NCBI GenBank assembly: GCA_951406725.2
Contig: OX597830.1
Coordinates: 48,174,001-48,238,000 of the forward strand
From: Octopus vulgaris
Lineage: Eukaryota
Direction of reading: 5' to 3'
DNA: 64,000 bases
Both the position numbers and the translations under genes were made by a program. Positions 1 through 12,495 of the stretch are shown piece after piece (the stretch's first letter is position 1; each line of letters begins with the position of its first letter). The notes under the pieces were generated by a model, which searched no databases, was not told where the DNA came from, and saw only the letters and a program-made list of their open reading frames with translations.

Positions 1-147
1 TCTTGTTCATAGCGGTGGTGGCGTTGGCGGTGTTTTCTTGACTTTTTTCTTTTTCAGTGTTAATGGTGGTGCCGGTGCAGTTCGTGGTGTTGGTACTGTT
101 CTTTGTGCTGTTCAGAGGATAAATCGCCGTGGTACTAACCGTCAGAA

Positions 148-624
148 TGGCAGCGAGCTGGCAGAAACGTTAGCGCGCCGGGCGAAATGCCCTGCGTAGT
201 TCGTCTGCCGTTACGTTCTGAGTTCAAATTCTGCCGAGGTCGACTTGCCTTTCATTCTTTCGTAGTCGATAAATTAAGAACCAGTTACGCACTGGGGTCG
301 ATGTAATCGACTTAATCTGTTTGCCTGTCCTTGTTCGTCCACTCTGTATTTAGCCCCTCGTGGGTAGTAAAGAAATAGGTATTTCATCTGCGTGGTGGCG
401 TGTTGGCAGAAGCGTTAGCAAGTTGGGCGAAATGCGTAACCGTATTTCGTCTGCGGTTACGTTCTGAGTTCAAATTCTGCCGAGGTCGACTTTGCCTTTC
501 ATCCTTTCGGGGTCGATTAAATATGTACCAGTTACGCACTGGGGTTGATATAATCGACTTAATCCGTTTGTCTGTCCTTGTTTCTCCTCTCTGTGTTTAA
601 CCACTTGTGAGTAGTAAAGAAATA
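148..624 (+). mobile_element. Head-to-tail pair of Octopus-type SINEs
   Basis: Two copies of 'tggcagaaacgttagc..cgggcgaaatgc..ttacgttctgagttcaaattctgccgaggtcgac..gtagtaaagaaatagg', flanked by a ~17-bp direct repeat (131-147 / 625-641). Paralogs at 58342-58820 and, partly deleted, 30349-30592 (-). Confidence 0.8.
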
Positions 625-807
625 GTTACTGACCGTCAGAACTCTTAACGGTAAAGAATCCCTTCTGTACACCAATAGGGGTTTAGAAGACAAAAACACT
701 TACATAACAGTCAACAACCTTCAAAAATACACAAGAAAAATTCAAACTTACGGAGCGTTCAAAACACATCTTACCTCGTCGTCGACGACAACAACAACAA
801 CAACAAT

Positions 808-955
808 AGCAATCTGTGTGGTAAGTAGCTTGCTTACCAACCACATGGTTCCGGGTTCAGTCCCACTGCGTGGCATCTTAGGCAAGTGTCTACTGCTATA
901 GCCCCAGGCCGACCAATGCCTTGTGAGGGGATTTGTTAGACGGAAGCCTGTCGTA

Positions 956-999
<44 letters not shown>

Positions 1000-1229
1000 T
1001 GTGTGTGTGTGTGTGTGTGTGTGTTTGTGTGTGTTTGTCCCCCTAGCATTGCTTGACAACCGATGCTGGTGTGTTTACGTCTCCGTCACCTAGCGGTTCG
1101 GCAAAAGAGAACGATAGAGTAAGTACTGGGCTTACAAAGAATAAGTCTCGGGGTCGATTTGCTCGACTAAAGGCGGTGCTCCAGCATGGCCGCAGTCAAG
1201 TGACTGAAACAAGTAAAAGAGTAAAAGAG

Positions 1230-1230
<1 letters not shown>
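808..1230 (+). mobile_element. Second SINE family with tRNA-like head and internal (TA)n(TG)n tract
   Basis: Head 'tgtgtggtaagtagcttgcttaccaaccacatggttccgggttcagtccc' has a B-box-like GGTTCAGTCCC; tail 'tgactgaaacaagtaaaagagtaaaagag'. Paralog at ~58972-59366; 3' fragment at ~16300-16500. Confidence 0.75.
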
Positions 1231-1282
<52 letters not shown>

Positions 1283-1284
<2 letters not shown>

Positions 1285-2050
1285 CCGGATCTACCAAGCC
1301 AATGTGATAAAAAATGCAGCTGACCCAAAATGCCGATTCTGTTACGATGAGATTGAAACAATAGACCACCTAATCTCACGTTGTAGAGTCATAGCACCTG
1401 CAGAATATAAAGCAAGACATGACAGAGTCGGCCAGTATTTACATTGGACAATATGTCAGTATTATAAAATGAAAACCGCTGACAAATGGTATAAACACTA
1501 TCCTGAAGCTGTGATTGAGGGTGAAATTGTGTCGATTCTATGGGACTTACCCGTACAGACCGACAAGACTATAAAAGCTAATAAACTAGATATTATTATA
1601 AAAGATCAGACAAAAAAGATGTGTTTAGTAATTGGCATGAGTATCCCTTGCGATCACAATATAGCGGCGAAAGAATTTGAGAAGATTAGTAAATATAAAG
1701 ACCTGCTAATAGAAATTGAAAAAATGTGGCATCTCAAGGCGACTACAGTACCAGTGATTGTAGGATCTCTAGGAATGATAAAAAAAAGGTACTGAAACCT
1801 ATTTAAAAATGATTCCAGGCTTACCATCACTACAGGAAGTGCAAAAATTCGTATTAAGTGGAACGGCTCATGTACTGAGAAGAGCATTATCGCTGCGAAA
1901 ACAACATCCATCCATGAATTTATTCAATTATTAGTTTTCAAATACACATCTTATCTGTGAATTTGCGTGTGTAATCCGGAAATGCATACAATGAGCTTCT
2001 CTGCCCTAGGTGTATGGAAACGGAAGAAAATTTGAAGAATGAAGGAAAAA
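1283..2050 (+). mobile_element. 5'-truncated R4/Dong-like non-LTR retrotransposon (zinc knuckle + restriction-like endonuclease) inserted in (TAA)n
   Basis: CRFC..ETIDHLISRC..YKARHDRV and WD..QTDKTIKANKLDIII..CLVI motifs; (TAA)n on both sides. One frameshift near 1785 relative to the open copy at 59464-60093. Confidence 0.85.
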
Positions 2051-2051
2051 C

Positions 2052-2127
<76 letters not shown>

Positions 2128-2139
2128 TAATAATAATAA

Positions 2140-2380
2140 CGTTGTGGTTAATGAGGAGAGTAGACGTGATACTCAGGGTAATTAGTACAGATGGAAGTAT
2201 CAGCACTCAACTAGCAACATGGCCGAAAAAGATCGGTGCAAGTGTGAAGGTAGAACGCCTACAAAAATCAGCATTGCTTGGAACTACAAGAATTCTTCGC
2301 GGGGTTCTTGAAGCATGACCATGCTTGTGAAAAGCTGACACTTACCATCATACCCAGCAAAATAAGCTGTGAGTTTCATA
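2140..2380 (+). mobile_element. Short 3' fragment of a second RLE (R4-like) LINE between (TAA)n tracts
   Basis: Encodes ...ERLQKSALLGTTRILRGVLEA*, the typical RLE-LINE C-terminus. Paralogs at ~29160-29402 (-) and ~60311-60578 (+). Confidence 0.7.
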
Positions 2381-2393
2381 TAACAACAACAAC

Positions 2394-2451
<58 letters not shown>

Positions 2452-2452
<1 letters not shown>

Positions 2453-3740
2453 CCTCTTATATCTGACCTTTCTTTTAAGGGCCGAACACAAAAAAAGGGA
2501 CAACACAACACAAAGGGACAAGTGGGATGCTGAACAATGCCGTGTATACAATAAGTAGCAGAAAATAAATAACAAAAAAAAAATGAACAATAAAAATTCC
2601 CCAAAAGGGGTTAACTCTTCACAGGGACAAACGCATACCCCAACACTACCTGGTTATTCCGACCGCCAGGGCAACTCAGTAGGCGCCTCTCTCCTCAACT
2701 CCTCCGGTTTACAAACGAAAGTTCAATGCAGGCCCGTTTATTCGGACCATCCTCACCACATACACCCACCTTTCATCAAATTTACTGGGGAGCAGAACTT
2801 CCCTCTCTACCCTCACTTACCTTTTTAAGTGGAACTTGAAAATGTCGATGAGGGTTTGGCCCAAGAGGAAAGCATCTGTCTTCAGTCCTCTCAGTCTCGT
2901 CCACCGCCTTCACCATAGCCACCAGATAGAGGAAAACTGTCTTTTCTTCCAGGCCAAAGGAAGGCAGCATTGGGGCGATCTTCACGATGGACTCACATGA
3001 TAACCGGATCTGTCCTACATGCGATAACAACCGTTTGACAAAGCTGCACAAGTCAGTAATGCTAGGACACTGAATGAGTGCGTGCAGGACGGTTTCGTCG
3101 TTCTGCGCACACCTCGAACAAACCAGACTGACAGCACTTTTGTGTCTGCAGAGATCGTTTGGAGCCGGCAGAACTCCCCGATAACACAGCCAGGCCATAG
3201 AACTTTGGAAGTTATCCAGACGATTCGGCCTGATAGTCCTTCGGAAAAGATCAGTTAGTTGATCCCTTCCGACGCCCAGAGTTTCCACAAGGACGACGTG
3301 ACTCTTACCCGCTACTAATCCCCTATAGAACTCCGCAGTGGAATTCCCTCTGACCGCGTTGCCCGACTGACAGGAAGCTGTGAGCGCTTGCTGACACTCC
3401 AGGTGCCACGCATCCTTTCTGGGTCTACGTATGATTGAGTACTATAACTCCGTCAATGACATGAGCTGCAGACAATCCTACTTGACACACGGTGACCACA
3501 TCTGTTCACCGTTAAGAAAATGCTGGAGATATTGTAGCCTCAGCGCACATCTGTGCATCATTAGCCAGGGCACGCCCGGTCCTCCACTCTGTGGCTGTTG
3601 TTAGCAGATGAACCGTATGACGAGGGGAACACGTCCTTTCCACAGAAGGCGGGATATTAAGCGTTCTAGCTTGGTCAGCTACAAAGCAAGGCAATGGACG
3701 ACTGTCAGGTGGTAATAAATGAGGGAAACTATGTACGCAT
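2452..3740 (-). mobile_element. Decayed 3' part of an L1/Tx1-like LINE (zf-RVT-like region)
   Basis: WLCYRGVLP..CSRCAQNDETVLHALIQCP motif. Paralogs at ~27820-29070 (+) and ~60655-61945 (-). Confidence 0.7.
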
Positions 3741-3759
3741 TCGCCACCTCCACTCAACA

Positions 3760-4290
3760 TTTCAGAGACAATTTCTTCTCTACCCATTTCTGGATGAGAT
3801 TGGCTATCCTTGCTCGAGTGGTGGAGTCGGAGATTAGCAAAATCACGTGGGATTTCTTAATCCAAACAGATCAAGTGCTAGAGCTAACAGACCGGACATA
3901 GTTGTGGTGGGCCGCATATGCTATATCATTGATGCTGCATACTCCTTTGAAGTCAAGAAGGAAGGCGATAAAATAAATATATACAACCCTCTTAAGTACG
4001 AAAAAGCTCGGTTATGGGAAATGAAGAAGGTGAAGATAGTCACAATTATTGCTGGATCCTTGAGGACATTTTCAGAAGGCACCATGAGAGGTATAAAAGA
4101 CATCGGAAAAGGGGCACAGTAGAACTGTAACAAAAGGTTTGCCTCCTTGGCAAGGCCATAATAATCAGGTAAATATTCAGTGGTGAAGCGGAGTGGCTGC
4201 ATGAAATCCAAGATACGTCAAGAAATATAGAAGCCCAAGAAGACATAATGATATGTACAGAAATGGAAAAAAAGCAATTAAGAAATTGAC
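3760..4290 (+). mobile_element. Decayed RLE-type LINE endonuclease fragment
   Basis: WDFLIQTD..ANRPDIVVV..CYIIDAA..KINIY.PLKYE..RLW spread across frames. Paralogs at ~27265-27800 (-) and ~61965-62495 (+). Confidence 0.7.
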
Positions 4291-5185
4291 CCATAATGGC
4301 AGAAGATCTCTCTTGAGTTCTGACACATTTGAATAGGAACGTGCAGAAACACTGCTCTCTCAGATACCCGAAATTGCAAAGTTTATAGGATTGACATCTA
4401 GACTTAGGAGAGGCCGTATTTTCTTGTCTCCAAAACCGTTGAAATGCTCTTTAAACTACCTCTGTCTCAAATTGAATGTATGGGCCGGAGCCCTGTCTAG
4501 AGTGAAGGTGTAACGGTCACCAAAGGTTTCTGTGATCCAGGGTAACACTATCTCATCCAACATTTCCAAATAAACCTCACTGTTATCATTGACGCCCAGA
4601 ATCGATGAAGATCAATGGAGGTTTGGACCCATCTGATGCATCTGTAACCCACAGTGTGAGAGAAGCTGTCTTCTGATGGCGTATATGGACACTGTTATCG
4701 TCGGGCATGTCCCCTGCATTATGTGCATAAAGCCTGTCATTCTATTGGAAACTGCCTCTGCGGTGAATAGTTTCTATTCGGATCATATCAACACGCATCA
4801 TCTCAACTAACATAGTTTTACCCCAGTCGAGCCGTTTCTTCTTGGATGTTGCTGAAATTGACCGCTTGGATTGTTTCCTTTTTGCAGCAAGTTTTAAATC
4901 CACTTTAAAAATCCTTTTCTTGCATCCTGCGGGGATTTCCGTTCATTCGTTTCTTCACAGCATCAACATTTCAATTGTTCGCTTCCTACTAGGAATTGGC
5001 TTGCTAGAGGTTGTAGCGGACTCCATATATTGGTTCCATGTATTGAACACTGTTTACGAAGCACATTCAACCGTTTTATTATGTCATCGTTGCTCACTCT
5101 AGCTGCTCTCAAAGCGACAATCTGGTCATGTTTTGCGTTTGACGCCATGTTTGTTTGCAAGCCAGTTTTAGACGAACGAAACAAT
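4291..5185 (-). mobile_element. maT (DD37D) transposase remnant, copy A
   Basis: Reverse-complement paralog of 26320-27265. Confidence 0.75.
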
Positions 5186-5834
5186 AGAAACATGAACAAG
5201 AGAAAGAGAAAGAGAAGAAGAGGTATAGAAAGAGAGAGAGAGAGAGAGCTACTCAGGATTGTGGGCAATTCTGATTTGATCCAGTTTGAGGGTTTTCATT
5301 CATTTGTGAGTAAGTTACCCTATTTTTTTTCCCATTTTCTTTGATTTATATTTAAAAACAAAATCTGATTTACACATTCAGTTAAGCATCTTGTGTAATT
5401 ATTGTGCGTAATTTTAAAAACGCATATCATATTCTGTTTTATTATAAGATCCCTTTTCGTCTCCCTCACAAACTGATGTCATCCATACACAAATATTACA
5501 CACCAGACATGCATTATTTTCATCATCAAATATATTGAGAATATTCTCTGAGAGTCACATGACAAAACGGTCTTATAAATCTTTACATTTTCTCTTCCCT
5601 CCTCGGTAATGTTGTGTCTCAATCCGTTTCTAAATTTTCTGCTAAACACATCACTCAAAACTTTATTAGAATTTTAACTCTACAAACAATAATTTTTCAA
5701 GTCACGCTAATCTACATCGACCAGAGAAATCGCAGTCAATTTTCAAATGCTAACCTTATTGTCTCTCTTTGGACTAAAACATAAAATACAAGTCAAGGAA
5801 TGAAAAAAACACAAGAAGATTCAAATTTGTTTAC

Positions 5835-6796
5835 TGTCTCCATACTTGGTCGGCACAGATCTTCTCAACTGATAAAAATGGGTTTTATATTCTCTTATTA
5901 GCATCCTCTCTGTTGAGTCTTCTTCGTATAAAATACAGCTTGGACTTATCGTTCTGTTCACGAAGGATTTACATGCAGAAGTTTCAAAACAACTCTTCGA
6001 ACAGTTGAAGGCATCCACGTCAAATGTCATCAATGTTTTGGCATCTTTCAGACCGGCGTCTGGTACTTTCATAAAATACTTCAGATATTCAACTGTAACA
6101 AAGCCAGGCAAATTAAACAACCAAAATACGAAGACGAAAATAAAACATTGTGAAAATAGATAATAATAAAGATAGAAAATATTAAATGTTTGAGGATCAG
6201 CATTGATATTTTTACCAGGAAGAAGTGACAGAGTTGTTACTACCATAGTGTAGGTACAAAGCATCTTGGGATATATAATCTGTTTAATGAAAATGACTGC
6301 GAATGAGTCTTTAATGTTGTTTAATTAATTCTATTATTTAAATGATTCACAAGTTATATACTATAATGTTTAACAGTTGTCTGTTATAAAGAATGTCCCC
6401 TAATACCAGCCCTTTGTTTTATTTAACAAAATGCTTACAAACTGACGTAAAACTGAATTATCACCAATGGAAATTATGTTAAGAATCGAATTCTTCATAA
6501 TACGAGATTTATCTTGAGTTTTCTTTTCATCTAATTTACTTAGAGAAGGAAAATATTTTCCTCCACTGAACTTATAAATTAATGTTTTGAGTAGTGATTT
6601 TCATAATTTTCATAGATATATGTCTATATATTGATATAAATTTACTTACGTCCATTTCCAAATGTCAGTGAGATGTAGAAGAGAACTGCAACGAAAATTT
6701 ATTTTGGAAAAAAATTTCATATTTCATATTCACGTTTAGCATTAATTTACAAAGAATGAAGATGAAAGGAATAAGAATGAGAAGTGCTACAAGCAT
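5835..6796 (-). CDS. Copy A, 5' part of paralog: exons 1-3, complement(6751-6796, 6650-6685, 5835-6092); remaining exons expected left of the window
   Basis: Reverse-complement homolog of copy B exons 1-3 with the same lengths and intact splice sites. The PAN-1 motif lies in ORF 5821..6264. Confidence 0.8.
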
Positions 6797-7875
6797 AATT
6801 CAGTAACAAATACGGTGATGACCACCACTACATCACCATAAAATTATCCATTGAAATAATGAGTGAGAGCGACAAATTGGAGAGGGATAGAAAGAGAGGG
6901 AACATAAGAGAGAGGGATAGGAGTGAGAGTGAGATAAAAAGAGAGAGGAGCAAAAATAGAAAAAGAGAAAGAAAGAAAAAGAAATGTTATTTGTTTCAAA
7001 CGAGATCAGAAGCATCAGTATTTCTTGGAAGAGAACATTCTAGACACTTCAGAGACTTTAGTGAAAGTATTACGTATAACTTGTTCGTACAATTAACCAC
7101 TTTTTATAAAGGCGATTCACCACTTTTATAACGGGTTGATTCTATCTTATTTATAGAGCGATTATTCTCCTGAGTAGACTTTTCTAAGTTCACGTCGGCT
7201 TGTCACCAATATATAAGGTTGTGTTGGATAATCTGGTGTAGAATGTTTTTGACTTGGAAAAGATAATAAATATAGATGTTTACTGAGTAGAAATCTATAG
7301 TGATAAACCGGTCACTTATAACTTAACTATAAGTGTTATCACTATACATAAATCTTAACTCAGGCTGCGTAAACACTGTGATGAATTATACACCAAGACG
7401 CTGAAATGTACATGTTGAAAGGTCACCGCTATAATAACAGTTTCATGGATACAGAAATAAATCTCATTAACAGGTTGAAGAAAATGAAGAAAGAGAAACT
7501 ATTTACTAAATTAGTTTAATTACGTACATTTAATATTTACAGTACATTTAGAAGTCAAAGAAAATTGTCGTAGAGAGTTACGACATAAAATTTATATTAA
7601 CTAATTCTTCCATACGAAACTAGCAGAGTTTTACACAACGATTCAAAATAGTCCTGTTGGATTTAAGTAATAGAGATGGCATAAAAATAGCCAATATCTC
7701 AAGAGCGGGAGTGTCGTGGAAATGAAGGACAACCAACGAACACTGAGGGTGAGTGTCGTGGAATATAGTGACAACCAACGCTCCCTGATTAATTTTTATC
7801 TCACTGGACAAGGGATAGGCCTAGTTCAGAAGATTTAGGTCATGTTAATATTCACCCATTTTATATATATATATG

Positions 7876-7910
<35 letters not shown>

Positions 7911-7913
<3 letters not shown>

Positions 7914-8709
7914 TTAAAAGAAATAAAACATATGCATATATATAAACATATATGTACGTACCTACCTCTACATGTACATATACACGCATATATGAGTACA
8001 GGACACCAAAGGGACGTCGAACACATAGAGAAACGAAAACATAGACACAAACCAAAGGAACAGGACATTTTTTTAAAAACAACAAAAAATGGAGTACAGG
8101 ACAGTTAACACAACGAAAAAACCCCTTCTTCAGTCGCTAAGGTTTCATCTACTCTACGTTTCGAAGGATAAAAGCGAGACGTATCTTCGACAAGAAACTT
8201 TCCTTCCTGCGAAAAGCAAATAAATTAAAATTCTGAGATCTTTTCGCAGAGGGGTAAAAAATGTTTAAAAAACGGTAAAAAAACGAGACAGTAACGACAG
8301 TACAAAAATATAAACAGTAAAAAAAATATATATATATAAACTGTAAAAAAAAAAAAGAAAATTATATATAACAGTAAAAAGACAGGACAGGGAGAACAAG
8401 ATAAGAAGGGCTGTTGACGCCGAACGAAAAAAGTATTGCAAACGCTAATTTTTTGTGAACGACGAGGGAGCAGGAAAAGTCGTCCAGTAGCCTTAAAAGG
8501 CGGGCGAGAAAGACCGTTAGCAGTTACGGCGGAAGTATCGCCGCAGATGGACGACGGGAATGGGGGAGGAGGAGCAAGAGGAAGGGAGAGAAGAAAGGGA
8601 ATGGTGCGAGGAGACCATGAAGAATGGTGAGGGGGAGAGAGAGAATGAAGAATGAGAGAGAGGAGGAGACAAGTTAAGTGAGGGAAAAAAGACGAAAAGG
8701 GGATCGGAT

Positions 8710-8760
<51 letters not shown>

Positions 8761-9320
8761 GCAGAGTGCGCGTGAGAGTTAATATCAAGGCGAACTTGAT
8801 ATACAGAACAATCTTACTTAAGAGGGTGCGTGCGTTTAGTCGTATAATATATTAATAAAAGAAATAAAACATATGCATATATATAAACATATATGTACGT
8901 ACCTACCTCTACATGTACATATACACGCATATATGAGTACAGGACACCAAAGGGACGTCGAACACATAGAGAAACGGAAACATAGACACAAACCAAAATG
9001 GAGTACAGGACAGTTAACACAATGAAAAAAACCCCTTCTTCAGTCGCTAAGGTTTCATCTACTCTACGTTTCGAAGGATAAAAGCGAGACGTATCCTCGA
9101 CAAGAAACTTTCCTTCCTGCGAAAAGCAAATCAATTAAAATTCTGAGATCTTTCGCAGAGGGGTAAAAAATGGTAAAAAAACGGTAAAAAAACGAGACAG
9201 TAACGACAGTACAAAAATATAAACAGTAAAAAAAAATATATATATATAAAGGAAATGAAGAAAATTTTCTTCATTTCCTTTCTTTATATATCACAACTCG
9301 TGTTCCACATCTCCTTTTTT
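7911..9320. mobile_element. ~1.4-kb segment in a (TA)n tract with ~400-bp direct repeats and a terminal palindrome; possibly a non-autonomous Penelope-like element
   Basis: 7911-8345 is repeated at 8851-9250. Copy B has only (TA)n at the equivalent site (23367-23428). No coding domain is recognised, so the class is inferred from architecture only. Confidence 0.5.
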
Positions 9321-9657
9321 AAATATATATATATATATACATTTATATATATGTATATATATATAGATATATAAGCATGTATGTATGCATGTATGTATGT
9401 ATGTGTATGTGTATTTGTGTATGTATGAATATATGTATACATACATATATGTATATTCATTTGTAATATATATGTATAATCATGTGTATATATATGTGCA
9501 TACATATAAAAACACACATACACATATACATACATACATGTATAATTGCATAAGTTGGAGTAATAAGAAGGAATACGAAGGCACATTTATTTGGAAACCC
9601 TACAATTGTTTCCACGCACCGCAGTCTTTCATTTTGGCAGGAATTTGGTTATGCATA

Positions 9658-11648
9658 ATTTGGTTAAACATAGACTCCAAAACAACATGATGTCTATCAT
9701 CAATAGTCAGCGAAGAGCTGAAGAGGCCTGGGCCATTGAGAATATCAAACTCAATCCCAAAGTGTTCTTTTCATTTGCAAAACAACACAGAGTCATTGGT
9801 TCTACTGTTGGCCCTCTGATTGATGAAAATGGTACTCTTCAAGACAATGCCAAAACCATGGGAGAGATATTGCAGAAACAATATTGCTCTGTTTTCAGCA
9901 ATCCTGATATGACTGATCTGGGATGTATCAGTGATGTTACTCCCCAATACACTTTATCGGGCATAACCTTTGGCGCTCCTGATGTCTTAGCAGCAATAAA
10001 GGAAATGAAGCATAATTCAGCAGTAGGTTACGATAGGTTCCCTGCTTGTGTCTTGAAGATGTGTCAAAACCAACTTGCACCCCCTCTAGCCAATCTGTGG
10101 CGGAACTCGCTGGATGCTGGATATATACCAGAAGACCTTCTATCCCAGTCTGTTGTCCCAGTTTTCAAAAAAGGAAACAAATCGCTTGCCGTGAATTACC
10201 GTCCAATCTCACTCACCTCTCATATCCTTAAGGTATTTGAAAGAGTGCTGAGATCGCGTATGACTCACTTCCTTGAGAGTCATAATATGCTGAACTCCAA
10301 CTAGCATGGATTCCGTAATGGGAGAGATTGCCTGACGCAGCTACTGCATCATTTTGATGACATTTTGAGAGCCTTGGGAGAGGGTTCCAACACTGATGTC
10401 ATCTACCTTGATTTCAGCAAGGCCTTTGACAGGGTTGATCATAAGATCCTTCTGAGAAAGCTGTCCAATATTGGTGTCACTGGAAAGCTGCTGCAGTGGA
10501 TCAAGTGCTTCCTGTCTAACAGAACCCAACATGTTGTAGTCGAAGAAGTCAAATCCAGCCCAGCCAAAGTCAGCAGTGGTGTCCCACAAGGCACTGTGTT
10601 GGGCCCACTTCTCTTCATCATCTACATAAATGATATTACTGACACCATCAAACACAGTAACATCAGAACCTTCGCTGATGATTCCAAGCTCCAGAAGGTC
10701 ATCAATGGCGTGGATGACCGAATAAACCTTCAGTCAGACCTACTGGGTGTTGTCCAATGGGCGGAAAAGAATAACATGTTGCTAAACGAAGACAAATTCG
10801 AACTGATCCACTTTGGAAGGGAGGATGCTCTGAAACTCCCATACTACCTTCCTTCTGGAGAAATTCTCACGGCGTCCAACAACATTAGAGACTTGGGAGT
10901 AACAGTGGACAACAACATAAGCTGGGCTACACATATAAGCAGCAAAGTTGACATGGCCCGCAGAATGTGTTCCTGGATTCTCAGAACCTTCCAGTCAAGA
11001 GATTCCCACACTATTATCGCTTCTGTTCTCCACTTTTGCCCGACCCCACCTTGAATACTGCTGTCCACTGTGGTCTCCCTACACAAAACAAAATATTATG
11101 AGAATTGAAGCTCCCCAAAGGTCAATCACAAAAAAGATAGATGGCATGTCAGACCTTGACTACTGGGGTACACTAGAGAAGCTGAAACTGTATTCACTCC
11201 AACGACGCCGTGAACGCTACATTATCTGTATGATGTGGAAAATATTCCATCAGCACTGTCCGAATGATGTTGGCATCACCTTCAAAATACATCCAAGGCT
11301 TCGACCACGTGCCATCCGTCCACAACAAAAATCTAAATCGCATCACATAACGACAATACGGCACAATTATTTCATCTCAATTGGACCCGCTCTCTTCAAC
11401 ATTACACCAGGACACGTCAAAAAAGAAACTGACCACACAAAATTCAAGAAGTCTTTGGACAATTTCCTTCAAACAGTCCCGGACAAACCACCCACACCCG
11501 GATATGTCTCCGCAAACAATAACTCTCTGCTCGAATGGACCTCGGTGCCCAAATCCAGAATTGAAAGACTTCGCCAGGTGGTGCTATTAAGTTAGATATG
11601 GCCTGGGCCAATACTGGCCAAAACATTTCCAAGTTATTCTAAGTTATT
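9658..11648 (+). mobile_element. 5'-truncated CR1/L2/Jockey-group LINE, reverse transcriptase region; young pseudogene
   Basis: NYRPISLTS, *HGFR, YLDFSKAFD, GVPQGTVLGP, FADD and RPHLEYCCPLWSP motifs. One TAG at 10302-10304 and one frameshift near 11020. 3' AAGTTATTC repeats. Absent from copy B (empty site ~23090). Confidence 0.92.
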
Positions 11649-12495
11649 CATACGTTTCTCTGCATTGAGAAATCTTGTTGTGTCAACGGGTCGTCTGCAT
11701 GTAACGTTATTAAAATATAGTCACATGGCAATCGTTCCTTGTGATACTCAGTGGTAAATAAAATATTGATTAATTGGTATAAACTGGTATTAATAAAGGA
11801 GTATTGAGGCAAAGGAACTTGTTAATTATATATTAAGAAAATTATAATCTAAGCAGGTTTTTTTATAAGTAATAAATATACCAGTATAGTATGAATTTAT
11901 AGAGATACAAAAATTAGAATTAATTTTATAAATAAAGGCTAATTATAAAATAATAAAGAAATACAATAAAATGATCAGGTAGGGCAGAACACCATAGAAA
12001 AGGAAATAAAATAACTTAATTACTAAAACTTATGGTAAAGCATATGTAGCTTATTAACACCAATAGAGAAGAATTTTAGAAAAAGTATAATAATTCAAAA
12101 TATATTAGACTAAAAATTATATATTTACTTATTTAGCTAATATCAATAAAAGACAAATATCTGGTATCAGCTAAAAAATCATATTTTACACTATTGTTTT
12201 CTTTTTAAATTAAGCGTTATATCATAGATTTAAGAAGTTAATATTGTTACTCCCTACATGATATTTATAGTTTCTTAGTTGTACTTGTTTAGAAGGGTTA
12301 TTTATATAAAGGCCCTTGTCAATACTAAGATCAGTAGGGTAGAGCCATTTAAGAAAGAGATAAATCAAGTAATTTCTTAAGATCTTTTCAAACAATATTG
12401 TCTTATTGTATTAAGTTAAAATTTAGGGTAATCAAGAAGATTATTAAGAATGAAATTTTAACATAAGGATAAAACTTCTTTGAATATTTGGAGTA

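Noticed and set aside
815-890. tRNA-like sequence
   Set aside because: It is the tRNA-derived head of a SINE, continuous with the SINE body; no full cloverleaf.
11750-12480. Very AT-rich stretch that might be a mitochondrial insertion or a decayed coding sequence
   Set aside because: No recognisable protein or RNA motif in any frame by eye; a BLAST search would be needed.
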